Shown: positions 21,599 through 29,779 of the stretch, piece by piece | How positions within the stretch are numbered: the stretch's first letter is position 1 | Layout: each line of letters begins with the position of its first letter | Assembly: GCA_024690725.1 (NCBI GenBank) | Contig: JAILOQ010000102.1 | Location: 22,100 to 86,099, forward strand | Length of the DNA stretch: 64,000 nucleotides | Source: Lachnospiraceae bacterium | GTDB lineage: Bacteria; Bacillota; Clostridia; Lachnospirales; Lachnospiraceae | Reading direction: 5' to 3' | The notes under the pieces: model-generated | What the model was told of the DNA's origin: nothing | The model's input: only the letters and a program-made list of their open reading frames with translations | The model's database searches: none | Translations under genes and position numbers: made by a program

Positions 21599-22228
21599 CT
21601 ACTTTGTACCGAAAATACGATCGCCCGCATCTCCGAGTCCCGGAACGATATAACTGTCCTCATTTAACTTCTCATCCATTGCGCCGATGTAGATATCCAC
21701 ATCCGGATGTGCTTCCTGCATCGCCTTTAAGCCTTCGGGAGCCGCAATGATGCAAAGAAAATGAATGTTTTTGCATCCCTTTTCCTTTAACATCCTTATC
21801 GCAGCGATCGAAGAGCCACCGGTCGCAAGCATCGGATCCACAACGAACACATCACGCTCATCGCAGTCCGGCGGGAGCTTACAATAATACTCCACCGGCT
21901 TGATCGTAACCGGATCGCGATACAGGCCGATATGGCCCACCTTCGCAGCCGGGATCAAGCTCAGCATTCCGTCCACCATACCGAGTCCCGCACGTAAGAT
22001 CGGTACAACGGCAAGCTTCTTTCCTTTCAGTTCCTGTACGGTCGTCTTGCAGATCGGTGTCTCAATGTCCACATCCTCAAGCGGAAGATCTCTGGTCGCC
22101 TCATAGCAGATCAGCATTGCGATCTCGCTGATGGTCTGACGAAAATCCTTCGTTCCCGTATCGCTCCTGCGGATGTAACCGATCTTGTGCCGGATCAAGG
22201 GATGATCCATGATCACAACTTTTGCCAT
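21599..22228 (-). CDS. upp: Uracil phosphoribosyltransferase
   Basis: [14 protein letters not shown] is present, together with the PRPP-binding loop [13 protein letters not shown]. Confidence 0.95.
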   Translation of the reverse strand: MAKVVIMDHPLIRHKIGYIRRSDTGTKDFRQTISEIAMLICYEATRDLPLEDVDIETPICKTTVQELKGKKLAVVPILRAGLGMVDGMLSLIPAAKVGHIGLYRDPVTIKPVEYYCKLPPDCDERDVFVVDPMLATGGSSIAAIRMLKEKGCKNIHFLCIIAAPEGLKAMQEAHPDVDIYIGAMDEKLNEDSYIVPGLGDAGDRIFGTK

Positions 22229-22257
22229 AACTACCCCTCCTTATATTTTTATACGTA

Positions 22258-22686
22258 TTACTCTTCCATTAATGCGATCCTGCGACTGTGACGTTCCTCA
22301 CCGGAGAACTCGGTCTTTAAGAACGTGTCAACGATCTCAAGCGCAAGCCCTTCGCCGACGACATGTGCGCCGAGTGCCAGCACATTGGAATCATTGTGAA
22401 GTCTTGTCATCTTCGCAGTATAACTGTCGGTGCAAAGCGCACAGCGCACACCTTTTACCTTATTGGCCGTAATGGATACGCCGATGCCGGTCGTACAGAT
22501 CACGATACCCTTCGTCGCCGTTTTTGTCGCCACCGCTTCTGCCACTGCCTTGGCAAATACGGGATAATCACAGGAAGACTTGTCATAACACCCCATGTCA
22601 TTGACATCGATCCCCTGTTTTTCCAAGTGCTCGATTACTTTTTCCTTCAGATCGAATCCACCGTGATCGCTACCGATTGCTACCAT
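22258..22686 (-). CDS. rpiB: Ribose-5-phosphate isomerase B
   Basis: MVAIGSDHGGFDLKE and GIVICTTGIGVSITANK are typical of RpiB/LacAB. Confidence 0.92.
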   Translation of the reverse strand: MVAIGSDHGGFDLKEKVIEHLEKQGIDVNDMGCYDKSSCDYPVFAKAVAEAVATKTATKGIVICTTGIGVSITANKVKGVRCALCTDSYTAKMTRLHNDSNVLALGAHVVGEGLALEIVDTFLKTEFSGEERHSRRIALMEE

Positions 22687-22701
22687 GTTTTCCTCCTTCT
22701 T

Positions 22702-22717
22702 GTTAGCACATGCTAAC
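22702..22717. repeat. Copy 2 of the GTTAGC-N4-GCTAAC palindrome, starting 1 nt after the tsaC stop codon
   Basis: GTTAGCACATGCTAAC lies between the tsaC stop and the rpiB SD. Confidence 0.8.
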
Positions 22718-22718
22718 T

Positions 22719-23768
22719 CTATACTTTCGTCACCTTATGTCCGGCCGCCTTCAAAAGACGGTTCATAACTGCCTGTCCGAGCCCTGCCGAAGAAAAAGCT
22801 TCCGAAAAAATGATGTCCGCTTCTTCGTCATCAAATTCTCTGAGCACCCGATAAAGCGTTCTTGCAACACTTGCGGGGTCGTTTCTGTCTCCGACGTTCT
22901 TTTTGATATCCGCTTCATACCGCGCGATCGTTTCCGCGGTTGCAATGACACCGATCCGCTTTCCCTGCGCACCGAGCCGTTTCGTTTCTTCATTTATATA
23001 AGAAACAACCGCTTCGGTCTCCCCCGAGACGATCGTAAGATCTCCCTTGGGAGCGTAATGCCGATACTTCATTCCGGGGGCTTTGGGCGCCACACCGGAA
23101 TCCGCACTCAGGATCGTCCGGTCCGTATCCACTCGTCCCAAAACTTCCGACAGATCCTCTGCGGTATAATACCCCGGTCGTAAGATCACGGGCGGTTCTT
23201 CCGTCAGATCCACGATCGTCGATTCCAGACCGATCTCGGACGATCCGCCGTCCAAAAGCATTTCAATGCGTCCCTTCATATCTTCGTACACCCACTTGGC
23301 TTCCGTCGGGGAAGGCCGTCCGGATGTATTCGCCGAAGGCGCCGCCACATATCCGCCGGCGGCATCGATGAATGCTCGCGCCACGGGATCCGAGGGGCAA
23401 CGTACGGCAACCGTATCAAGGCCGCCCGTCGTCTCATAAGGAACGCGATCGTTCTTTTTCAGGATGATGGTAAGAGGTCCCGGCCAAAAATGTGCGATCA
23501 GCTCTTCCGCACTCTCCGGGATTTCTTTTACAATATAAGGAAGCGCCTCGCGCCCCGTTACGTGAATGATCAACGGATTGTCGCTCGGTCTGCCTTTGGC
23601 CGCATAGATTTTTTTCGAGGAAGCCGGGTTTAATCCGTCTCCGCCCAATCCGTACACTGTCTCCGTGGGAAAGGCGACCAGCCCACCGCGTTTGATCACG
23701 TCTCCCGCCTGCTTTATCTTCTCCGCAGGAATCGTTCCGTCCTGCGGTTTCACCCATTCTGTTTCCAA
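22719..23768 (-). CDS. tsaC: L-threonylcarbamoyladenylate synthase (Sua5/YwlC/TsaC type with the Sua5 C-terminal domain)
   Basis: GGLVAFPTETVYGLG, KGRPSDNPLI and SANTSG are typical YrdC/Sua5 motifs. The 349-aa length implies the Sua5 extension. Confidence 0.9.
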   Translation of the reverse strand: METEWVKPQDGTIPAEKIKQAGDVIKRGGLVAFPTETVYGLGGDGLNPASSKKIYAAKGRPSDNPLIIHVTGREALPYIVKEIPESAEELIAHFWPGPLTIILKKNDRVPYETTGGLDTVAVRCPSDPVARAFIDAAGGYVAAPSANTSGRPSPTEAKWVYEDMKGRIEMLLDGGSSEIGLESTIVDLTEEPPVILRPGYYTAEDLSEVLGRVDTDRTILSADSGVAPKAPGMKYRHYAPKGDLTIVSGETEAVVSYINEETKRLGAQGKRIGVIATAETIARYEADIKKNVGDRNDPASVARTLYRVLREFDDEEADIIFSEAFSSAGLGQAVMNRLLKAAGHKVTKV

Positions 23769-23786
23769 ACCGTTCCGACCTTTTCT

Positions 23787-25466
23787 CTAATTTGCCAAAT
23801 AGGACTGAATGAGCGGCCAGATGTCACTCGTCTCCTGTCCCAGTCTCCAACCGGCCACGCCGCCCAGATTGTATCCGCTCATCACGGACAGTTTCACGGA
23901 AATGGAATCGTAATCCTCAAGCCATACGCATTTCCCTTCTCCGTCACTGTTCGTCCATTCCACAAAATTGCTGCAGGTCAGATCATCCCAGACCGGTGAT
24001 GCGCCCGATTCCGCAACCAATTGTTTTACCTCGGCCATACCGTATGCCGTCTGACTCACATCCCCTGTCGTCTTCCATACACGACTGTAAAAAGGAAGTG
24101 CGTTTATCACTTTTTCTGACGGAACACGTTCGAGTGCGGATTCAATCCCGCTTCTGACGAATTCCACCGATGCACAGGGACCTACGCCGTCTCCGGGAGC
24201 AACGTGTTCATCGTACCCCATTAAGATCACGTAATCCACAACTTCGCCCTGCTGTTTGATATTGTAATTTACCAAATGACTGTTGTCTGCCGAAAGATAG
24301 ATCTGATTCTTTCTGCATTCCACGGACAGCTCGCGCAAGAACTGAATGTATCCTTCCGCCGCTTCCTTGGTCACATACTCAAAGTCCACATTGATGCCGT
24401 CGATCCCATTGGAAAGAACGGTATTCATCAGACCTGCGATCAAGGCGCGTCTGCGCGATGTCACATTCACAACATCCGCGGTCACGACATCGTATTTAAA
24501 GTTATCCACCGTCGCCCATACCATCACGCCGCGGGAATGCATCGTCTGCACATAAGACGGATCCACCAGGGATTCGAAATTTCCTGCGCCGTCCGTAAGC
24601 GACATCCACGTAGGTGCGATCACGTTCACGCCTTGTGTGGCGTTCAACAGATCCGTGGCATATTGATTGGCAACCGTATTGTTCACATTATTCCAGACCA
24701 GACATACCTTGCCGTCCACGTGCATGGACGTATACTCCGGTCTCGGTATTTCATTTAAGGAAACACTTGTCACATCCTCCGGATCCGACATCCTTTTATT
24801 CTCCGTATAGCCGATAAAGCCGGATTCCGTGATCACTTCGCTCCACTCATCCATCCGTTCTTTGACCTCGACTTTTTCTCCCTTTTTCACATCACAAACA
24901 ACGGCACTTTTGATGCCGCCGAGCACACGTACCTGCGTGTCTTTTTTTATCTCCGCAAACTGTTCCGTTCCCCACTTCGTGGTCACAAAAACACGGTTCG
25001 GATCCCGGAAAAAGGTATATTCGTAATTGCATAACGTCTTTAGATAATCCGCCGCAATGTAGATATTTTCTCCGCTTTGACAGGTTAGAGGATAGGTCTC
25101 CGAACGAAACCCTTCCGATGAATTGATGTCCGTAGATCCCACCGTTGTCGTGAGAACATCGGTAGCACTCGTGAAGATCACATAGCTTTCCGTTGCATCG
25201 TGATAGAAATGATCATCGATATGCTCATCCACAAAAGCCATCGAGAAATAAACCCTTCCGTCCTGTACAAGGGCTTTTTCCTCTATCTGCTCATCGTTTA
25301 AGATGATGGTCGCGCCGGAATCTCCGGGATTACCGAAATACTCATTCAAATCCGCTCTTTCTTTGGAATAGGAGAGTTTTTGCAAGAGCATGGATCCCAC
25401 TCCGATCAGGATGATCACCAGGATCATGACAATGGCGATCAACACCGGCATATATCTTTTCTTCAT
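23787..25466 (-). CDS. Membrane-anchored glycoside hydrolase family 18-like protein with an SH3b-like module (YdhD/YaaH-like)
   Basis: The GH18 catalytic motif DGINVDFEY (DxxDxDxE) is present. It has an N-terminal TM helix and an SH3-like segment (VRVLGG...WSEVITESGFIGY). Confidence 0.8.
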   Translation of the reverse strand: MKKRYMPVLIAIVMILVIILIGVGSMLLQKLSYSKERADLNEYFGNPGDSGATIILNDEQIEEKALVQDGRVYFSMAFVDEHIDDHFYHDATESYVIFTSATDVLTTTVGSTDINSSEGFRSETYPLTCQSGENIYIAADYLKTLCNYEYTFFRDPNRVFVTTKWGTEQFAEIKKDTQVRVLGGIKSAVVCDVKKGEKVEVKERMDEWSEVITESGFIGYTENKRMSDPEDVTSVSLNEIPRPEYTSMHVDGKVCLVWNNVNNTVANQYATDLLNATQGVNVIAPTWMSLTDGAGNFESLVDPSYVQTMHSRGVMVWATVDNFKYDVVTADVVNVTSRRRALIAGLMNTVLSNGIDGINVDFEYVTKEAAEGYIQFLRELSVECRKNQIYLSADNSHLVNYNIKQQGEVVDYVILMGYDEHVAPGDGVGPCASVEFVRSGIESALERVPSEKVINALPFYSRVWKTTGDVSQTAYGMAEVKQLVAESGASPVWDDLTCSNFVEWTNSDGEGKCVWLEDYDSISVKLSVMSGYNLGGVAGWRLGQETSDIWPLIQSYLAN

Positions 25467-25524
25467 CTTTCACCTCGGTCGTCGATTTTCTCTCGACACG
25501 TTTCTTTCTTCAAATGCTTGTAAC

Positions 25525-25553
25525 ATTATAACAAAAGTTCCTCGGTTCTACAA
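25525..25553 (-). promoter_or_regulatory. Candidate promoter of the GH18 gene
   Basis: The minus strand reads TTGTAG-N17-TATAAT, with a TGn extended -10. Confidence 0.45.
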
Positions 25554-25655
25554 TGCTTAACCCCCTTTCCCCGCTCGGGCAAACTCCCGGCGCAAACCGA
25601 AATCGACATGGAAAACCCTCGTTTTCGTACCCCTTAAGCATTGTCGGCTTACAAC

Positions 25656-25988
25656 TTACGACAGTGTTACCGCATCAAACCGAATCTGGACCAGTTCCCC
25701 TTTTTCATCGGAAACGTAATCCGGCATGTAGCATACGTCTTCTCTTGCAAGCATCCGCCCGATCCGCTTGGGAGAGGCCGGTTCGTCGTCAATATACAAT
25801 TCAACACCGTTTTTTGCCTGCTCTTTCAGAGAATCCCTCCACTCCTTTGCATATTTTTTTGTTGTCTTCAATTCTTTCCCCCGTATTTTCACACTGCAAA
25901 ACACCTTCCCAAAAGGACTGTGATATATTTTCCGAATCTGTTTGAAAGTGTTTGCACAACGATTGATGCAACGATCTGCCCGGGACAT
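25656..25988 (-). CDS. Hypothetical protein of about 110 aa; no recognisable SD and start uncertain
   Basis: The open frame has plausible composition (…KVFCSVKIRGKELKTTKKYAKEWRDSLKEQAKNGVELYIDDEP…). The first ATG is at 25988 and the TTG at 25997 is the track start. A strong promoter lies about 190 nt upstream. Confidence 0.45.
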   Translation of the reverse strand: MSRADRCINRCANTFKQIRKIYHSPFGKVFCSVKIRGKELKTTKKYAKEWRDSLKEQAKNGVELYIDDEPASPKRIGRMLAREDVCYMPDYVSDEKGELVQIRFDAVTLS

Positions 25989-26190
25989 GCAGCACAAAAA
26001 TAAATGCTTTGTAAAGAATACAAAAAATAAAAATAATAAAATGAAATTGTGAATTATGTTTTTAAATCAAATTTGGAAATCTAGTCTGAAAGCACGAACG
26101 CTTTAGACCGGTACAGAATGTACCGTTTGTGATGAATTCCTCTGCCCTCCTCTCCGCTGCGGAGTATCCCGGAGGCATCTCGTGAGATTA

Positions 26191-26219
26191 ATTATAACGA
26201 ATGTGTCATTTTCTGACAA
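26191..26219 (-). promoter_or_regulatory. Strong sigma-A-type promoter reading toward the 25656-25988 ORF
   Basis: The minus strand reads TTGTCA-N17-TATAAT (cTTGTCAgaaaatgacacattcgtTATAAT). Confidence 0.6.
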
Positions 26220-26255
26220 GGGGGAAATTTCAATTCTTAAATTTTTATAACCTTA

Positions 26256-26284
26256 TTGACGTTTTCCTACCATGCTATTACAAT
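26256..26284 (+). promoter_or_regulatory. Sigma-A-type promoter of mecA; the -10 element ends 9 nt before the ATG
   Basis: TTGACG (26256-26261), a 17-nt spacer, then TACAAT (26279-26284). No SD lies between the -10 and the ATG at 26294. Confidence 0.55.
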
Positions 26285-26293
26285 ACATTTACC

Positions 26294-26986
26294 ATGAAAA
26301 TAGAACGTATCAACGACAATCAAATCCGGTGCACTTTGACCGCAAAAGATCTTGCCGCGCGCAAGATCAAGGTAAGTGAACTGGCATACGGTTCCAGAAA
26401 GGCACGCAGTCTTTTTGAGGAAATGATGCATCAGGCCGAGGAAGAATTGGGCTTTACTGCCGACGACCTTCCTTTGATGATCGAAGCGATCCCGATCAAT
26501 GCGGACTGCATCGTATTCATCATCACACGTGTGGAAGATCCGGAAGAGCTCGATACCCGTTTTTCCAAGTTCATGCCTCAGGTAACCCGTGAAGAAGACG
26601 ACGAAGAAGATGACGAAGAGGAAATCTCTTCCACCTCCTTTGATGACTTTTTGCGCCGTGCTCTCGGTGCCGAAGAGGTCACGGAGCCCGTTACGGTTTC
26701 CGTTGCTTTCCGTTTTGCGTCCTTAAACGATCTGATCTTACTTGCCAACTCCCTTCCGGAGGAAGCGCCCTGCGACAGTGCGCTCTATAAGGATGAAGCA
26801 AGTCATGAATACATTCTCTATTTACCCGCGTTATCCGACGATGATACCGCGGATATCGAGCGCTTTTGCGGTCTGCTTTCCGACTTCGGAACCCCCGACC
26901 GTTCTCTTCGTGTGCTCAATCATCACACCCCGGGATATGAGTGTCTCATTCCCGTCCATGCTCTGTCCCATTTAAAAGAGCTCTAA
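26294..26986 (+). CDS. mecA: Adaptor protein MecA (ClpC/ClpE adaptor)
   Basis: The N-terminus MKIERINDNQIRCTLTAKDL matches the MecA signature start (B. subtilis MEIERINEHT...). An acidic linker and a C-terminal domain follow. Confidence 0.85.
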   Translation: MKIERINDNQIRCTLTAKDLAARKIKVSELAYGSRKARSLFEEMMHQAEEELGFTADDLPLMIEAIPINADCIVFIITRVEDPEELDTRFSKFMPQVTREEDDEEDDEEEISSTSFDDFLRRALGAEEVTEPVTVSVAFRFASLNDLILLANSLPEEAPCDSALYKDEASHEYILYLPALSDDDTADIERFCGLLSDFGTPDRSLRVLNHHTPGYECLIPVHALSHLKEL

Positions 26987-27025
26987 AATTCTTAAAGTGT
27001 TCCCGAAAAAGTACACAGTGCCATC

Positions 27026-27054
27026 TTGCGATTGTCAATCTTTTAACCTATAAT
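27026..27054 (+). promoter_or_regulatory. Candidate promoter of the pfl locus
   Basis: TTGCGA-N17-TATAAT, about 95 nt upstream of the pfl ATG. Confidence 0.55.
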
Positions 27055-27149
27055 CAAATGTACGAGAAGGTTTGGTTTTTCAACCAAAATCTGCACCGAG
27101 CGGGTTTTACCCGTGACAATAAAATATATTTATAGGAGGCTATTGCAAA

Positions 27150-29189
27150 ATGAGACCAGAATGGACAGATTTTGTAGGCGGCAAGTGGGACAGAGAGATC
27201 AACGTACGTGATTTCATCCAGAGGAATTACACTCCCTACACAGGAGATGATTCTTTCTTAGCAGGACCTACACAGAACACAAAAGACTTATGGGATCAGG
27301 TACTTGATCTTCAGAAGCAGGAGCGTGAAGCAGGCGGTGTCCTTGATATGGATACCAAGGTAGTTTCTACCATCACCTCTCACGGACCGGGATATCTTGA
27401 TAAGAGCAAGGAGACCATCGTAGGTTTCCAGACAGACAAGCCTTTCAAGCGTTCCTTACAGCCTTACGGTGGTATCCGTATGGCAGAGAAGGCATGTGCC
27501 GACAACGGTTACACCGTAGATCCTGAGATCTCCGAGTTCTTCTCTACACACAGAAAGACACACAACGCAGGCGTATTCGATGCTTACACACCTGAGATGC
27601 GTGCATGCCGTACCGCTCACATCATCACAGGTCTTCCGGATGCTTACGGTCGTGGCCGTATCATCGGTGACTACAGACGTGTTGCTCTGTACGGTATTGA
27701 CAGATTATTAGAGGACAAGCAGGCACAGAAGGATTCCACCGGCGACGTTATGACAGATGATGTTATCCGTCTTCGCGAGGAGCTTTCCGAGCAGATGACC
27801 GCTCTTAAGATGATGAAGGAAATGGCAGCTTCTTACGGTTGCGATATTTCCAAGCCGGCAGCAAATGTTCAGGAAGCTATCCAGTGGACATACTTCGGTT
27901 ACTTATGTGCAGTTAAGGAGCAGAACGGTGCAGCAATGAGCCTTGGCCGTACTTCTACTTTCATCGACTGCTACGCAGAGAGAGATTTAAAGAACGGAAC
28001 CTTCACAGAGGAGCAGATCCAGGAATTCGTAGATCACTTCATCATGAAGTTACGTTGCATCAAGTTCGCTCGTACCCCTGAGTACAATCAGATCTTCGCA
28101 GGCGATCCGGTATGGGTTACCGAGTCCCTCGGCGGTGTTGGTATCGACGGACGTCCGATGGTTACAAAGATGAGCTTCCGTTATCTGAACACCTTGAACA
28201 ACTTAGGACCGAGCCCTGAGCCGAACCTGACTGTTCTTTGGTCCACCAGACTTCCGGAAGGCTGGAAGAAGTTCTGCGCTAAGATGTCTATCAAGACCTC
28301 TTCCATCCAGTATGAGAACGATGACCTTATGAGAGTAACACACGGCGATGACTACGGTATCGCTTGCTGCGTATCCTCCATGAGAATCGGTAAGGAAATG
28401 CAGTTCTTCGGAGCACGTGCTAACTTAGCTAAGTGCTTACTGTACGCTTTGAACGGCGGTATCGATGAGGTTACCAAGAAGCAGGTTGGCCCGAAGTATC
28501 GTCCGGTTGAAGGTGACGTACTTGATTATGATGATGTTTACGCTAAGTACATGGATATGATCGAGTGGCAGGCTAAGGTATATGTAAATACCTTGAACAT
28601 CATCCATTATATGCATGACAAGTATTGCTACGAGAGAGCTCAGATGGCTTTACATGACAGAGATGTTCGCAGATACTTCGCAACAGGTATCGCAGGTCTT
28701 TCCATCGTAGCCGACTCCTTGTCCGCTATCAAATATGCAAAGGTAGAAGTTGTTCGTGACGAAGACGGCATCATCGTTGACTTCAAGACGACCGGCGACT
28801 TCCCTAAGTATGGTAACGACGATGACCGCGTAGATGATATCGCTCAGGATATCGTTCACAAGTTCATGACAGCCGTAAGAAGACATCATACTTACAGAGA
28901 TGGTTTCCCGACCACTTCCATTCTTACGATCACATCCAACGTAACCTACGGTAAGGCTACAGGTAATACACCGGATGGTCGTAGAAAAGGACAGCCGTTT
29001 GCACCCGGTGCTAACCCGATGCACGGTCGTGATTCCCACGGTGCGGTTGCATCCCTTTCTTCCGTATCCAAGCTTCCGTTCAATGATGCACAGGATGGTA
29101 TCTCCAATACCTTCACCATCATCCCGGGCGCTCTTGGTAAAGAGGATCAGGTATTCGCAGGCGACATCGAGCTTGACTTAAATAAGTAA
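27150..29189 (+). CDS. pflB: Pyruvate formate-lyase (formate C-acetyltransferase) catalytic body lacking the C-terminal glycyl-radical domain
   Basis: The active-site Cys pair [12 protein letters not shown] is present and PFL-like sequence runs throughout. The ORF stops right after ...[23 protein letters not shown]. That point corresponds to the linker that precedes the Gly-radical domain in E. coli PflB (...NALGKDDEVRKTNLAGLMDGY...). Confidence 0.9.
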   Translation: MRPEWTDFVGGKWDREINVRDFIQRNYTPYTGDDSFLAGPTQNTKDLWDQVLDLQKQEREAGGVLDMDTKVVSTITSHGPGYLDKSKETIVGFQTDKPFKRSLQPYGGIRMAEKACADNGYTVDPEISEFFSTHRKTHNAGVFDAYTPEMRACRTAHIITGLPDAYGRGRIIGDYRRVALYGIDRLLEDKQAQKDSTGDVMTDDVIRLREELSEQMTALKMMKEMAASYGCDISKPAANVQEAIQWTYFGYLCAVKEQNGAAMSLGRTSTFIDCYAERDLKNGTFTEEQIQEFVDHFIMKLRCIKFARTPEYNQIFAGDPVWVTESLGGVGIDGRPMVTKMSFRYLNTLNNLGPSPEPNLTVLWSTRLPEGWKKFCAKMSIKTSSIQYENDDLMRVTHGDDYGIACCVSSMRIGKEMQFFGARANLAKCLLYALNGGIDEVTKKQVGPKYRPVEGDVLDYDDVYAKYMDMIEWQAKVYVNTLNIIHYMHDKYCYERAQMALHDRDVRRYFATGIAGLSIVADSLSAIKYAKVEVVRDEDGIIVDFKTTGDFPKYGNDDDRVDDIAQDIVHKFMTAVRRHHTYRDGFPTTSILTITSNVTYGKATGNTPDGRRKGQPFAPGANPMHGRDSHGAVASLSSVSKLPFNDAQDGISNTFTIIPGALGKEDQVFAGDIELDLNK

Positions 29190-29213
29190 TTCACTACATT
29201 CGGAGGAGACGAT

Positions 29214-29417
29214 ATGGACGAAAATCAAATGGTTGAAGATTTGATCGCACAGTTGGACGGCGGAATGGCCAAAGGCACCGGACATGTGAATGTCGATGTC
29301 AACAGTTTGGCCGAAGGCGTGAAGAACGTTGAGACCATGGGCTGCGTTGATTGCAGCACAAACCCGATGGCTTGCAGCGTCCCTACGCTCCACGAAGGCT
29401 TAGACAAAGAAGAATAA
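29214..29417 (+). CDS. 67-aa ORF inserted between the PFL body and the Gly-radical module; a diverged half-copy of the radical module with a Cys-rich C-terminal part
   Basis: A strong SD (GGAGGAG) lies 5 nt before the ATG. Residues [23 protein letters not shown] align with [23 protein letters not shown] of the next ORF. The following sequence is [13 protein letters not shown] rather than RVSGYAV. Confidence 0.6.
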   Translation: MDENQMVEDLIAQLDGGMAKGTGHVNVDVNSLAEGVKNVETMGCVDCSTNPMACSVPTLHEGLDKEE

Positions 29418-29434
29418 CAAAGGAGGTTTTTACC

Positions 29435-29680
29435 ATGGCAGAAGCTAGTGCAACACAGGTTGATAACTTAGTAAACTTATTAGATGGTTACGCAACAAAG
29501 GGCGGACATCATTTGAACGTTAACGTTCTTAACAGAGATACTTTATTGGATGCTCAGAAGAATCCGGAGAAGTATCCGCAGTTAACCATCCGCGTTTCCG
29601 GTTATGCAGTTAACTTCATCAAGTTGACTCCGGAGCAGCAGGCTGACGTTATCAGCAGAACATTCCACGAGTCCTTCTAA
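29435..29680 (+). CDS. Stand-alone glycyl-radical module (81 aa; GrcA/YfiD-like, equivalent to the PFL C-terminal domain)
   Basis: [59 protein letters not shown] is near-identical in pattern to the PflB/GrcA C-termini and includes the radical Gly in RVSGYAV. AGGAGG lies 8 nt before the ATG at 29435. Confidence 0.9.
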   Translation: MAEASATQVDNLVNLLDGYATKGGHHLNVNVLNRDTLLDAQKNPEKYPQLTIRVSGYAVNFIKLTPEQQADVISRTFHESF

Positions 29681-29703
29681 TTGGACGCAAAAGAATACAA
29701 ACG

Positions 29704-29739
29704 AAAGCCCTTCGTCATATGGCGAAGGGCTTTTCTTTA
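29704..29739 (+). terminator. Rho-independent terminator or attenuator after the Gly-radical module
   Basis: AAAGCCCTTCG-loop-CGAAGGGCTTT followed by TCTTTAT. Confidence 0.7.
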
Positions 29740-29779
29740 TGCTAGAATAAACGTATCAAAGAACGAAGGAGATAAGCCT

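Noticed and set aside
25550-25644. Whether the inverted-repeat element is a c-di-GMP-I (GEMM) or ydaO/c-di-AMP riboswitch. GGGCAAAC and GCGCAAAC strings are present, and a cell-wall hydrolase lies downstream.
   Set aside because: The spacing between the CAAAC-type elements is far too short for GEMM-I. The conserved ydaO cores (GGGGGACCCA, ACCCGAACCCG..CAGCUAACC) are absent. The best GH18 promoter also lies downstream of the element.
29351-29434. An upstream extension of the Gly-radical ORF (track start 29351) that would overlap the 67-aa insert ORF.
   Set aside because: The extension ([21 protein letters not shown]...) is unlike PFL and is read in another frame of ORF2. A perfect AGGAGG SD sits 8 nt before the ATG at 29435.
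29681-29779. The long form of pflA starting at 29681.
   Set aside because: That stretch contains the terminator hairpin. Conserved PflA sequence begins at MSGRIHSLESFGTVDG (ATG 29780), and it has its own SD.
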